The notes beneath the pieces are model-generated. The model saw nothing but the letters and a program-made list of their open reading frames with translations. It did not search any database and was not told the DNA's origin. This document shows positions 18,363-28,478 of a stretch of 64,000 bases of DNA, piece by piece; within the stretch, counting starts at the first letter, position 1, and each line of letters opens with the position of its first letter. The position numbers and the translations under genes were made by a program. The DNA is from Candidatus Omnitrophota bacterium (GTDB lineage Bacteria; Omnitrophota; Gorgyraeia; JAHIPI01), in the NCBI GenBank assembly GCA_016783745.1, contig JADHVZ010000002.1, positions 12,012-76,011 of the forward strand, read 5' to 3'.

Positions 18363-20101
18363 CAAACTGCCCCTATGTCCTGGTCTCCGACAGTAAGCCG
18401 CACGACCTCTTCCCATGTCGTTATCCCGCCAAGCGCTTTCTTCAGCCCGTTCTGCCTGAGGGTCGTCATGCCTTCTTTTCTCGCGGCTTTCTTTATTTCA
18501 TGTTCCTGGGCCATACCAGCTATCAACTCCTTTATCTTAGGCGTTAACACAAGTGTCTCCGCTATTCCGATCCTGCCCTTATATCCGGTTTGAAAGCAGT
18601 GCTTACAGCCTCTTCCCCTGAAGAGCGTCACTTTATCTTTGCTTATATCCATACTCACATCCTTGAAGGCCGACTTGCTTACCTCATATTCCTCTTTACA
18701 GCTCGGGCATATCTTTCTTGCCAGCCGTTGCGCGGCAACTAAAAATATAGAGGATGTGATTAAAAACGGCTCTATCCCCATATTTACCAATCGCACCACT
18801 GAACCGGCAGCGGTAGTAGTATGCAGTGTGCTTAACACTAAGTGTCCGGTCAGCGCCGACTTAATAGCTATATCAGCGGTATCATAATCTCTTATCTCAC
18901 CCACCATTATTACATCGGGGTCCTGCCTCAAAATACTGCGCAAGGCCCCGGCAAAGGTAAGGCCGATACCCGGCTTTATTGTCACCTGGTTTATTCCGCG
19001 CAGGTCATATTCTATGGGGTCTTCGACCGTCACTAAATTCTTATCAGGAGTATCTATAGTCTTAAGGATCGAATACAATGTCGTCGTTTTTCCGCAGCCG
19101 GTCGGACCGCACACCACTATCATCCCGTGCGGCCTCTTAGATTCCCTTTTTATATCCTCCAGGGGCTTGTCTTCAAAACCCAATTTATCCAGATCGAGCA
19201 TGGCCTGGTCTTTATCAAGGACTCTCAGCGCGGCTTTTTCTCCGATACTCGAAGGTAAAACCGATATTCGGAAATCGACCTCTCTATTATGGATCTTTAT
19301 CTTGAATCTTCCATCCTGAGGGAGCCTTCTTTCGGCTATCTTCAGGTCGGACATGACCTTCAACCTCGATACTATTGCTTCATGCATAAAACGGGGAGGG
19401 CTCTTAGCCTCTCTTAATACCCCGTCTATCCTGTAGCGGATTCTTAGCTTATTCTCCATTGGCTCTATCAGTATATCGCTGGCTTTGACCCTTACGCCGT
19501 CGGACAGAATGAGGTTAGTCACCTTGACAATAGGCGTCTCTTGCGTCATCCGGATGAGATCGGTAGTAGCAAGGCTGTCTTTGCGCTCGTGCTCCACCAC
19601 CATCTCCACTTTATCATCGGCCTGCGCCATACCGGCCATTATCTCTTCAATGGCCTCGTGGGCGGCTTCACCGTAGTACTGGTCTATCGCCGACTGGATG
19701 TCTTTATCTGTTGTTATCAATACGCCTATCTGAAAACCGGTCAATGCCTTTATCTCATCTATGGCGAAGACATTGAGGGGATCGGCCATTGCCACTGTCA
19801 ATGTATTGCCTATCTTAGAAATAGGTATGATCTGGAAGTGTTGGGCGGTTTTGCGCGGTATTAATTTTGCGACGGTCGGATCTATCCTATACCTCGCGAG
19901 ATTTATAGGAGGGACTCCCAGTTCTTCAGAGAGAACGACCATCAGGTCTTTTTTGTCGACAAAGCCCTTTTCGGATAAAATATCGCTAAGCTTACCGCCT
20001 TTTCCCCTCTGAATCTTTAGGGCTTCATCGAGTTTTTCCGGAGTGATAAGGCCCTTTTCAAGCAATATCTTATTTATACGCGCTTTTAGCGGTAAGGCCA
20101 T
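18362..20101 (-). CDS. pilB: Extension ATPase PilB/GspE, copy 1
   Basis: MshEN-like N-terminus, RRLPQDGR, GPTGCGKTT, LRQDPDVIMVGEIRD, CPSC/CKHC. Confidence 0.92.
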   Translation of the reverse strand: MALPLKARINKILLEKGLITPEKLDEALKIQRGKGGKLSDILSEKGFVDKKDLMVVLSEELGVPPINLARYRIDPTVAKLIPRKTAQHFQIIPISKIGNTLTVAMADPLNVFAIDEIKALTGFQIGVLITTDKDIQSAIDQYYGEAAHEAIEEIMAGMAQADDKVEMVVEHERKDSLATTDLIRMTQETPIVKVTNLILSDGVRVKASDILIEPMENKLRIRYRIDGVLREAKSPPRFMHEAIVSRLKVMSDLKIAERRLPQDGRFKIKIHNREVDFRISVLPSSIGEKAALRVLDKDQAMLDLDKLGFEDKPLEDIKRESKRPHGMIVVCGPTGCGKTTTLYSILKTIDTPDKNLVTVEDPIEYDLRGINQVTIKPGIGLTFAGALRSILRQDPDVIMVGEIRDYDTADIAIKSALTGHLVLSTLHTTTAAGSVVRLVNMGIEPFLITSSIFLVAAQRLARKICPSCKEEYEVSKSAFKDVSMDISKDKVTLFRGRGCKHCFQTGYKGRIGIAETLVLTPKIKELIAGMAQEHEIKKAARKEGMTTLRQNGLKKALGGITTWEEVVRLTVGDQDIGAV

Positions 20102-20110
20102 ATTGTGATT

Positions 20111-20560
20111 TTATTTTTTTTCGTAGTATTGGTTTAAGGCGTTGTTTATATCAGTCATAGTACTTACGAAGGCCTGGACCTTACAGCCTGACATAAGCTC
20201 TATATCCTCGACTGCCTGCAAATTGAGAGGATTCGCCATAGCAATAGTCATGGTATTTCCTATTTTATCTACAACGATCAGACAATACTGCCTGGCGACA
20301 TTTTCCGGTATTATCTTGATCAGGGCCGGATCCACCTCATAGCTCTGAAGCGGTAGGTATGGAAAGCCATACTGGATAGTTATGGCCTGAGCTATCTGCT
20401 CTTCAGTCACGTATCCTAATCCCACAAGTATCGTGCCTAATAGCCCGCTCTTTTGCTTCTGGATCTTTAACGCCTTGTCCAACTGGTCTTTCTTTAATAT
20501 TCCCTTTTCAAGCAGAAGCTCTCCCAGTTGCTTGGATACTACTCTTCTTATCGGCGACAT
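20111..20560 (-). CDS. Stand-alone MshEN/T2SSE_N domain protein (no ATPase)
   Basis: QLGELLLEKGILKKDQLDKALKIQ...LLGTILVGLGYVTEEQIAQAITIQ, IPENVARQY, AMANPLN; homologous to the PilB N-termini. Confidence 0.85.
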   Translation of the reverse strand: MSPIRRVVSKQLGELLLEKGILKKDQLDKALKIQKQKSGLLGTILVGLGYVTEEQIAQAITIQYGFPYLPLQSYEVDPALIKIIPENVARQYCLIVVDKIGNTMTIAMANPLNLQAVEDIELMSGCKVQAFVSTMTDINNALNQYYEKK

Positions 20561-20573
20561 ATTTACCTATTCC

Positions 20574-21644
20574 TTAAAGGCTTCCCTTTGCGTATTTCGC
20601 GAGCTCGCTCGGATCTGAAGACCGCGCGAAAGCGTCATCGTATGAAATAATGCCTTTTTTATAAAGCGTGGCAAGCGCCTGGTTCATCGTGCGCATGCCT
20701 TCCCTTTGCCCTGTCTGTATCTGAGAATATATCTGATGGACTTTAGATTCTCTTATCAGCGCCCTCACTGCGGGATTGGCGATAAGGATCTCATTCACCA
20801 GCACCCTGCCCGGCGGCGTTTTTTTGGGCACCAGAAGCTGCGCTATTATTCCTACTAACACAAAAGATAACTGCGTCCTTATCTGCTGCTGCTGATGTGA
20901 CGGAAACACATCTATGATCCTGTTTACGGTCTGCACGCTATCTGATGTATGCAGAGTAGCTAACACGAGGTGGCCTGTCTCCGCGATTATAAGCGCGGCC
21001 GCTATAGTCTCAAGGTCCCGCATTTCCCCTATGAGTATGACATCCGGATCCTGCCTCAAAACGTACTTAAGCGCCGCGCCAAAGGTATGGGTATCGTGAT
21101 GGACCTCTCTCTGGTCTATTATAGCTTTTTTATTTTTAAAAACAAATTCTATCGGGTCTTCGATGGTTATGATATGGCATTCCCGCTCATCATTGATAAA
21201 ATCGACCATTGCCGATAAGGTCGTGGATTTTCCTGTTCCGGTTGCCCCTGTTATCAGCACCAGCCCCTTAGGTTTACGGCATAACGCCTGCATTACGCCC
21301 ATGGGAAGGCCCGCTTCCTCAAAACCCATTACCTCAAACGGGATAAGCCTGATGGCTATGCCCACGTTTCCCCGCTGAAGGAATACATTGACTCTGAACC
21401 TGCAAAGGTGGCTTATCTCAAAAGAAAAATCGAGCTCTTTTTCCTTTTCGAATATCGCGATCTGTTCTTCTGTTAACATCCCGTAAGCTATTTTTTTCGT
21501 TTCTTCGGGCGTAAGTACCTTCTCGTCCGCGTTAACCAGCTTTTCATCGATCCTCATCTTCGGAGGATAGTTGGCGCCAATATGAAGGTCGGATGAATTT
21601 TTCTCTAACAGTTGCTTTAGGATGACGTTTATATCGATCGACAT
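20574..21644 (-). CDS. pilT: Retraction ATPase PilT
   Basis: SSDLHI, GATGTGKSTT, LRQDPDVILIGEMRD, AVRALIRE (AIRNLIRE motif). Confidence 0.93.
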   Translation of the reverse strand: MSIDINVILKQLLEKNSSDLHIGANYPPKMRIDEKLVNADEKVLTPEETKKIAYGMLTEEQIAIFEKEKELDFSFEISHLCRFRVNVFLQRGNVGIAIRLIPFEVMGFEEAGLPMGVMQALCRKPKGLVLITGATGTGKSTTLSAMVDFINDERECHIITIEDPIEFVFKNKKAIIDQREVHHDTHTFGAALKYVLRQDPDVILIGEMRDLETIAAALIIAETGHLVLATLHTSDSVQTVNRIIDVFPSHQQQQIRTQLSFVLVGIIAQLLVPKKTPPGRVLVNEILIANPAVRALIRESKVHQIYSQIQTGQREGMRTMNQALATLYKKGIISYDDAFARSSDPSELAKYAKGSL

Positions 21645-21662
21645 TTCAGCTCCTGTCCTTTG

Positions 21663-23072
21663 TCAAATGATCTTATTTTTGCCCTGCGTTTTCGCGGCGG
21701 CAACCGAATCCGCGGCTTTCTTCTTGAGTGATTCCGAAGAAGAACCGTCTATGGGATTCTCGCTGACCCCGCCGCTTATTGTCAGGCGCCTTCCTGATCC
21801 GCTACCCAGTTCAATATTTTCAACAGTTTTTCTTACGGCCTCGGCTATTCTATAAGCCTCTTTTTTATTCTTCTCCGGAAGTAATAAAGCGAATTCATCT
21901 CCGGAAAGCCGCGCTGCCCTGCCTATTTGAGTGACATGCTCTTCTAGCACGGAGGCTATCATCTTAAGCGCCTTCTCCGTCACGAGCTCGCCGTTATCAC
22001 TTCTGAACTTATCGAATCCGTCGACATTAAACATGACATACGAACAAGGCCTCTGATAAAGGACACCTCTTTTGATCTCCTCACCAAGCCTTAAGGTGAC
22101 ATAGGCCTCGTTGTATAAGCCGGTGAGATCATCCTTTATGGCCAACTCCCTGGCCTTTCTGATAAGTATCTCTCTGTCATAAGCTATAGCGGCTTGTTTA
22201 GAGAAGATCTTCAGCACATCCATATCGTCGGAATTAAATGTATAGTCACTTTCCCTGCTTCCCGCGAGCATCATCCCGACCGCCTTACCGCGCGATATGA
22301 TGGGAAATGCGGCGAAGTTTTCAACGCCAACGTCTTCCATGAACATTTCCGTATCCTTCGAGCGCTTAGTGCCGGAATCGGCATATACAATAGCGCCTTT
22401 TAATAAAGCTTCCCCGAGTAAGTCTTTCCCGGGACGTATTTTGAGATCGCGAAGCTTTTCGTTTGTAAGATTATTCTCTACGGCCGATTCCAGGGTCCCG
22501 GCTTCGATAGGCCTCGGTAAATAGATCACCGCGTAACCCGCGTTCATAATCTCGACGGTCTTATCGGCTATAAGAGCCATAACGCCATCAAGGTCAGACG
22601 CCATGGAAATTTCTTCGCTTATTTGCAGCAAGCTGGATAAGGCAAGGACTTTTTTATGGATCTCTATATTTATCAATTTCGTCTTTTCCCCATACGAGTT
22701 AAGCTCATCCATGTCCCGCCTGATACGTGATGTCAGGCTGTTGATCGAACTCCCAAGCTCGCCTATCTCGTCTTCGGAAGATACGGAGATTCTGCGGTCG
22801 AACATCCCTCCGGCTATAAGTTTTGATTCTATCGCCATATCGATGACCGGCATTATAAGCTGCCGCGCCAGCACAAGGCCTAACAGAGCCAAGATGACAC
22901 TAAAGAAAAGGATCCACGATGTCTCTATTATATCTCCTGTGGGGGGAAATATCTTATCCCGGAGGAGGTAGGCTGCTACAAGCAAAGGTATCATTGCCAT
23001 AAGGCAAAAAGCAACCGTAAATTTGCGGCGTATCCCTTTTGGCGCCAGGGATAATTTTTTGAGAAGATCCAT
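21663..23072 (-). CDS. Membrane-bound HAMP-GAF-GGDEF protein, probably catalytically degenerate
   Basis: Two TM helices, HAMP (DEIGELGSSINSL), GAF-like segment, DDLTGLYN, RLSGDEF. Confidence 0.85.
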   Translation of the reverse strand: MDLLKKLSLAPKGIRRKFTVAFCLMAMIPLLVAAYLLRDKIFPPTGDIIETSWILFFSVILALLGLVLARQLIMPVIDMAIESKLIAGGMFDRRISVSSEDEIGELGSSINSLTSRIRRDMDELNSYGEKTKLINIEIHKKVLALSSLLQISEEISMASDLDGVMALIADKTVEIMNAGYAVIYLPRPIEAGTLESAVENNLTNEKLRDLKIRPGKDLLGEALLKGAIVYADSGTKRSKDTEMFMEDVGVENFAAFPIISRGKAVGMMLAGSRESDYTFNSDDMDVLKIFSKQAAIAYDREILIRKARELAIKDDLTGLYNEAYVTLRLGEEIKRGVLYQRPCSYVMFNVDGFDKFRSDNGELVTEKALKMIASVLEEHVTQIGRAARLSGDEFALLLPEKNKKEAYRIAEAVRKTVENIELGSGSGRRLTISGGVSENPIDGSSSESLKKKAADSVAAAKTQGKNKII

Positions 23073-23113
23073 AAATGACTCCCCTATAATTATTGTACTT
23101 TTTTTACAGAAAA

Positions 23114-23142
23114 AGTATACATTATTACACGCTAATTGTCAA
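23114..23142 (-). promoter_or_regulatory. Putative promoter of the GGDEF-pilT-MshEN-pilB-pilB-pilC operon
   Basis: Minus strand TTGACA-17-TATACT. Confidence 0.7.
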
Positions 23143-23179
23143 TATAGCATGCCGATTATAATAATTACAATGCGCGGCG

Positions 23180-24277
23180 CTAAAAAACCGATCTGTGCAT
23201 ATCTACATTGATCACAAGTGCCAGAGATAACCATGTAGTTATAAGGCTTGACCCCCCATAGCTGATGAGAGGCAGGGGCAGTCCTACGACCGGCATAAAA
23301 CCGGCAGCCATTGCGATGTTGACTATGACCTGGAAGGATATCATCGCGGCTACGCCTGAGACGATAAGCCTGCCGTAAATATCGTTTGACCTGCTCGCGA
23401 CAGATAATATGCGGATTATAAGCAGACAGAAAAGCAGTATCACCAAAAAACTGCCCGCAAAGCCCCATTCCTCTCCTACTACGGAAAATATAAAATCAGT
23501 ATGGCGTTCCGGTAAAAAATTCAGCTGATTCTGAGTCCCGCTTGTCCACCCTTTTCCGAACAACCCTCCTGAGCCGATAGCGATCTTTGACTGGATCACA
23601 GTGTAACCTGCCCCCAGAGGATCCATATTGGGATTCATAAATACAAGCAGTCTTCTTTTTTGATAATCCTTTAAGAAATTCCAGAAAAGTGGTGACGCTA
23701 TGAGACCCGCCAATATCGTCCCAATAATAAACCTCATTGGCGTCTCCGAGCACAGCAAGATGGCAAATAGTATGGGCAGGAGCGCTATGGCGCTGCCAAG
23801 ATCCGGCTCCTTGAATATGAGCAGGCAGAAAAGGCCTGTTATGCCTAATGCCGCAAGAAATGTGCGTATGTCTCTTATGGAATGACGGTTATTGCCTAGA
23901 AAATATGACAATGTCAATATCATGGCGAGTTTAGCAAACTCGGATGGCTGGAATGTCAGCCATCCGAAGCTCAGCCATCTGCGCGCGCCCATCCTTGATC
24001 CACCGATAAAAAGTATCAGGATAAGCGCTAAAGCGATCAAGACGTAAAAAAGGTAAGACCAGTCAAGTATGCGGCGAAAATCTATATTGATGATGACGAC
24101 AAGCATCACAATGCTGACCGCCAGCCACGCAACCTGCCTGAACATGAAGTTGATCCCCTTTATCTCCCCCATGCCGCGTGAGGCGCTATAAAGAAAAAGA
24201 AGGCCTATTCCGAATATAAGTAACGGCAATATGATCAGAAAAGGGTCGAAGCCTCGTTTATAACTTATATTGTACAT
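23180..24277 (-). CDS. rodA: Rod shape-determining protein RodA
   Basis: GARRW, FQPSEFAK, EPDLGSA, LPERHTDFIF, SYGGSS; in the mre operon. Confidence 0.95.
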   Translation of the reverse strand: MYNISYKRGFDPFLIILPLLIFGIGLLFLYSASRGMGEIKGINFMFRQVAWLAVSIVMLVVIINIDFRRILDWSYLFYVLIALALILILFIGGSRMGARRWLSFGWLTFQPSEFAKLAMILTLSYFLGNNRHSIRDIRTFLAALGITGLFCLLIFKEPDLGSAIALLPILFAILLCSETPMRFIIGTILAGLIASPLFWNFLKDYQKRRLLVFMNPNMDPLGAGYTVIQSKIAIGSGGLFGKGWTSGTQNQLNFLPERHTDFIFSVVGEEWGFAGSFLVILLFCLLIIRILSVASRSNDIYGRLIVSGVAAMISFQVIVNIAMAAGFMPVVGLPLPLISYGGSSLITTWLSLALVINVDMHRSVF

Positions 24278-24278
24278 C

Positions 24279-25997
24279 CTACAGGTAGTCCAGTTCTTTT
24301 AACTTTTTGAAAATTTTAGCGGCGATCTTGCAGGGTTTATCCCCGCCACTTCCGCCATACTCTAAAAAGACTACTAACGATATTTTGGGCCTTCCTGCCG
24401 GTGAGTAACCCGCAAACCAGGCGTGAGTGCCGGCCGGCCCGGCCTGAGCTGTCCCGGTCTTTCCGGCTATCTCTATGCCGGGAACACCGGCATGTTTTGC
24501 TGTCCCTTGATCATCCTCTACAGCCCGCCTGGTTCCTTCTTTTATCACATTAAAAGTCCCGCCTGAGATATTGAGCCAGCTCTTATGGGAACCGGATACA
24601 TCGATATCGCCTATTTTTTTTACAATAAACGGACTGATCATCTGGCCTTCAAGGGCAAGCGCGTTTATCATCCTGGCTATCTGGATCGGCGTTACCAGAA
24701 GATAGCCCTGGCCTATGGCATAATTTACGGTATCGCCCTCGTACCACTTTTCCATTTTTTCGCGCTTTTTCCATGACCTGCCCGGCACGATTCCTTCTGA
24801 CTCATACGGAAGGTCTATCCCGGATTTGCTTCCGAATCCATAAAGTGCGGCGAAATGCTCTATTTTATCTACGCCTGTCTTCCTGCCGGCCTTATAAAAA
24901 AATACGTTACATGAGTTCTTTATGCCTTCCGCCATAGTCTGCAGTTTATGGCCTGATTTTTTCCAGCAGCTGAATGTTCTGTAGCCGAGCGCATAAGAGC
25001 CTTTACAATCCAGTTGCTCATCATGTTTTATACTTCCGGAATCAAGCGCGGCCGAAGCAGTTACTATCTTAAAAACGGAACCCGGGGGATATGTGCCGGA
25101 AATGGCTCTGTTGACCAGAGGATAATCACTTCTCCCGAGCAGATCCGTCACCTTGCGGTAGCCGGATGATGAAACAAATATATTAGGATTAAAATCCGGT
25201 TTACTTACAAGCCCGATCACTTCCCCGTCCTCGGCATCCATGACCACTACAGCGCCATTATGTTCTTCCAGCAGTGAATCTATAAACGCCTCAAGCTCGA
25301 TATCTATGGTAGTAGTAATATCCCTTCCCTTACTTGGCTCCCTTATGCCGAGCACCCTTAATTCCCTGCCTTTTGCGTCGACCTCTATCTGCATGCCGCC
25401 GCTTTCACCTTTAAGATAATCGTCGTAATAAAATTCGATGCCGCCTCTTCCTACAAGATCCATCGGCTTGTATCCGTACTCCCTCAAGACATCGAGTTCC
25501 TCCTCGGATATTTTGCCCACGTACCCTGCTATATGCCCGGCTACATTGGAATTCGGATAATGCCTTGTAGGATAGGTCTGTATGATGAGCCCGGGGAAAT
25601 CCACGCTTCTCTCAGAGATCGATATAGCGGTTTCTTTGCCTATATCTTTCTTGATAATAAGGGGAATGAATGGCGCGACAAAGTCTTCTTTCAGCTTTTT
25701 CTTTAAATCCGCCTCGGACAGCTCTAACAATCCGCTTAAACGGCTTAGGCCTTTATCGTCGACATTAAACTCCTGAGGTATCACGGCGCAATCAAACGCC
25801 AGACGATTGCCGGCTAAAAGCTTACCGTTACGGTCATATATATTTCCGCGGGGCGCGATCAGCGGGAGGAGCCTTATCCTGTTTCTTTTTGATAGTTCGG
25901 AATAATGGTAACTCTGCAGGCACTGGATGTAAAATAGGCATATGACCAACGCGATGAAGAAAAACACGATCATAATTTTCATAATGCGTATCCTCAT
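24279..25997 (-). CDS. mrdA: Penicillin-binding protein 2
   Basis: APRGNIYDRNG, PGSVFK (SxxK), SCN, KTGTAQ. Confidence 0.95.
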   Translation of the reverse strand: MRIRIMKIMIVFFFIALVICLFYIQCLQSYHYSELSKRNRIRLLPLIAPRGNIYDRNGKLLAGNRLAFDCAVIPQEFNVDDKGLSRLSGLLELSEADLKKKLKEDFVAPFIPLIIKKDIGKETAISISERSVDFPGLIIQTYPTRHYPNSNVAGHIAGYVGKISEEELDVLREYGYKPMDLVGRGGIEFYYDDYLKGESGGMQIEVDAKGRELRVLGIREPSKGRDITTTIDIELEAFIDSLLEEHNGAVVVMDAEDGEVIGLVSKPDFNPNIFVSSSGYRKVTDLLGRSDYPLVNRAISGTYPPGSVFKIVTASAALDSGSIKHDEQLDCKGSYALGYRTFSCWKKSGHKLQTMAEGIKNSCNVFFYKAGRKTGVDKIEHFAALYGFGSKSGIDLPYESEGIVPGRSWKKREKMEKWYEGDTVNYAIGQGYLLVTPIQIARMINALALEGQMISPFIVKKIGDIDVSGSHKSWLNISGGTFNVIKEGTRRAVEDDQGTAKHAGVPGIEIAGKTGTAQAGPAGTHAWFAGYSPAGRPKISLVVFLEYGGSGGDKPCKIAAKIFKKLKELDYL

Positions 25998-26506
25998 AAT
26001 GCGGTCTCACTTAATCCAAGCACTCTCGTCAGGAAAGCGAAGATCCATATGGCAAGAAAAGAGTTTAACAATGATATCAAGACAACGGGAGAATTAAATA
26101 AGAGCCTCGATCCGGCCCAATGTGACACGGAGGGCCCCCGCGCGCTGACGATGATGAAATATGCCGAAAGGACGATAAAAGACAGTGTGAACGTCAGGAT
26201 GAAGTGCGTGATCATACTGTCTCTATAAAATTTGGTGTTGCTCTTGCCTATTATGTATCCGCCGGCGGCGAAAAGCATGGCATTCAGGCCGAATAGCCTT
26301 ATGGAGAAAATATCAAGCAGTAGGCCGCAAAAAAAACCCGTCTCAGCGCCGAACTTTCCGCTGGAAAAAAGAGCGAAAAAAGCGGTTACTATGATCAAGA
26401 TGTTCGGCTTCACGGTGCCTGATCTTAAAAGATCGCTGATCACCAGTTGTAAAAAAAATCCCAGCAGTATTACTGTGTAGGCTTGCCCGCGTTTTACTCT
26501 ATGCAT
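25994..26506 (-). CDS. mreD: Rod shape-determining protein MreD
   Basis: Polytopic membrane protein, GLLLDIFS..FGLNA; between mreC and mrdA. Confidence 0.85.
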   Translation of the reverse strand: MHRVKRGQAYTVILLGFFLQLVISDLLRSGTVKPNILIIVTAFFALFSSGKFGAETGFFCGLLLDIFSIRLFGLNAMLFAAGGYIIGKSNTKFYRDSMITHFILTFTLSFIVLSAYFIIVSARGPSVSHWAGSRLLFNSPVVLISLLNSFLAIWIFAFLTRVLGLSETAL

Positions 26507-27267
26507 AGGACTTCTTCTAATTTCGAAAACTTACCCGAAGGCTGTATGATAGCGAATTTATACAACCTTCCCTTTTCCTTTGCCACTTTTATTATTTCGC
26601 CTATCAATAGGCCCTTTGGATAGATACCGCCCATGCCGGAAGTCAGGACCTTATCCCCGGCGCTGACTTCTGATTCCAGCGAAAGATATATGAGTTTACA
26701 CTCGCCCTGGGCGGTGCCTGTTAAAAGTCCGGTCTCGCGGCTGTTCTGCACTATCGCGCCCACCTTTGAGTCTATATCATTGATCAGCATGACTTTACTC
26801 ATAGCCTCGCCGGGCTCCCTGATCCTTCCTATAAGCCCATTTCCGGATATGACTACCATATCATTCCTGATGCCGTCTCCCCTGCCTTTATCTATGAAAA
26901 CAACGGACGACCAGTTATTCGGATCCCTTCCTATGACAGAGGCCGGGATAGACTGCTTTTCGATCTCCTTCTTGAAACCCAGAAGTTCGCGCAGCCGCTC
27001 ATTCTCAAGGGCGATCTCATCCAGTTTTACGGTCTTGTTCTGTAATTCCACGATCCTTCGCTTAAGCCCTGTCTTCTCGCTGTCTGCGTAAGGCAGGCGC
27101 GAGATCTTTTCAAAATAATCAAATAAGTTATCGAGAGCTTTAAGCGGAGATCTTGCGGTGCTATAGATGGCTCTTTTGAGATGCTTGACAGGCTCCGGGG
27201 GGGCGAACATGGACCAGATAAGAATCGCGGTTATAACGATTACGACGATTAACCTGGGCCTCAACAC
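26494..27267 (-). CDS. mreC: Rod shape-determining protein MreC
   Basis: LENERLRELL, IDKGRGDGI, TSGMGGIYPKGLLIG. Confidence 0.95.
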   Translation of the reverse strand: MLRPRLIVVIVITAILIWSMFAPPEPVKHLKRAIYSTARSPLKALDNLFDYFEKISRLPYADSEKTGLKRRIVELQNKTVKLDEIALENERLRELLGFKKEIEKQSIPASVIGRDPNNWSSVVFIDKGRGDGIRNDMVVISGNGLIGRIREPGEAMSKVMLINDIDSKVGAIVQNSRETGLLTGTAQGECKLIYLSLESEVSAGDKVLTSGMGGIYPKGLLIGEIIKVAKEKGRLYKFAIIQPSGKFSKLEEVLCIE

Positions 27268-27288
27268 AATGATTCGCCTTTAGATTTT

Positions 27289-28371
27289 TTAAGATTCAAG
27301 CTTTGGGATGACCGCGACTTTTTTCAGATATCTTAGTTCTCCGAGGACCTTCCCTGTTCCCAGGGCGACTGCGGTCAAAGGATCGTCAGCAAGGTGAACA
27401 GGCAGGCCCGTCTCCTCAGAAATCAGTTTTGATAATCCTTTGAGCAGCGATCCGCCTCCGGCCATGACTATACCTCTCTCTATGAGGTCCGCTGAGAGCT
27501 CCGGCGGGGTGCGCTCAAGCGTTATCCTTACGGATTCCACGATCTGGGCTATGGGCTCTGCCAGCGCTTCACGTATTTCCTCGCTTGAGATCGTGATCAT
27601 CTTAGGCAAGCCCGCTACAAGGTCCCTGCCGCGGACTTCCATGGTCAATTCCTCTTCCAGGGGGTAGGCGGAACCGACCTTCATCTTTATGTCCTCGGCC
27701 GTTCTTTCTCCGACCATCAGATTGTAGGTCTTCTTCAGATAATCGATTATCGACTCGTCCATTTCGTCGCCGCCGATCCTTATGCTTCTTGAAAAGACTA
27801 TTCCCGCCAGAGATATCAGGGCTATCTCGGTTGTCCCTCCGCCGATGTCTATGATCATGTTACCCGCGGGCTCCTGTATCGGCAGCCCGACTCCGATCGC
27901 GGCCGCGACAGGTTCTTCGATCATGTGCACCTCTCTCGCGCCGGCATGCAGGGCGGAATCCTTAACCGCTCTTTTTTCCACTTCCGTGATCCCGGAGGGT
28001 ATAGCGATCACCATACGCGGCCTTACAAAAAATCTTCTTGAGTTGTGGGCCTTTTTGATGAAATACCGCAGCATGCTCTCCGTTATCTCAAAATCCGCTA
28101 TGACTCCGTCTCTCATCGGCCTTATCGCCACTATGTTGCCGGGTGTACGGCCAAGCATCCTTTTGGCTTCTTCGCCGACCGCCAGGACATTTGAAGTCCC
28201 CTTTTGAATAGCCACTACAGAGGGTTCACACAGGACTATCCCCTGCCCTTTGACGTAGACAAGCGTGCTTGCCGTTCCCAGGTCGATTCCCATATCATTT
28301 GAGAAAAACGCAAGCACATAATTGAATAACCACATAAAACCGTCAGAAATTTTTTTGACCTTGTCTTTCAT
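27289..28371 (-). CDS. mreB: Actin-like protein MreB
   Basis: [36 protein letters not shown]. Confidence 0.98.
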   Translation of the reverse strand: MKDKVKKISDGFMWLFNYVLAFFSNDMGIDLGTASTLVYVKGQGIVLCEPSVVAIQKGTSNVLAVGEEAKRMLGRTPGNIVAIRPMRDGVIADFEITESMLRYFIKKAHNSRRFFVRPRMVIAIPSGITEVEKRAVKDSALHAGAREVHMIEEPVAAAIGVGLPIQEPAGNMIIDIGGGTTEIALISLAGIVFSRSIRIGGDEMDESIIDYLKKTYNLMVGERTAEDIKMKVGSAYPLEEELTMEVRGRDLVAGLPKMITISSEEIREALAEPIAQIVESVRITLERTPPELSADLIERGIVMAGGGSLLKGLSKLISEETGLPVHLADDPLTAVALGTGKVLGELRYLKKVAVIPKLES

Positions 28372-28449
28372 TTTTTTTCTCCTAACATGTCCTGAGGCTG
28401 AGGTTTTTAATATGAATTGCAGTTAATATATAAGATTGATAATGAAATA

Positions 28450-28478
28450 ATTATAACAAAAAAGAGCCGGGATGTCAA
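28450..28478 (-). promoter_or_regulatory. Consensus sigma70 promoter of the mre operon
   Basis: Minus strand TTGACA-17-TATAAT with TGn; the -35 overlaps the aroA stop codon. Confidence 0.8.

Noticed and set aside
23139-23753. Alternative-frame minus-strand ORFs inside rodA (similar ones inside ftsW, ddl, mraZ and the GH43 gene)
   Set aside because: Out-of-frame overlaps with conserved genes, with no SD or motif support.
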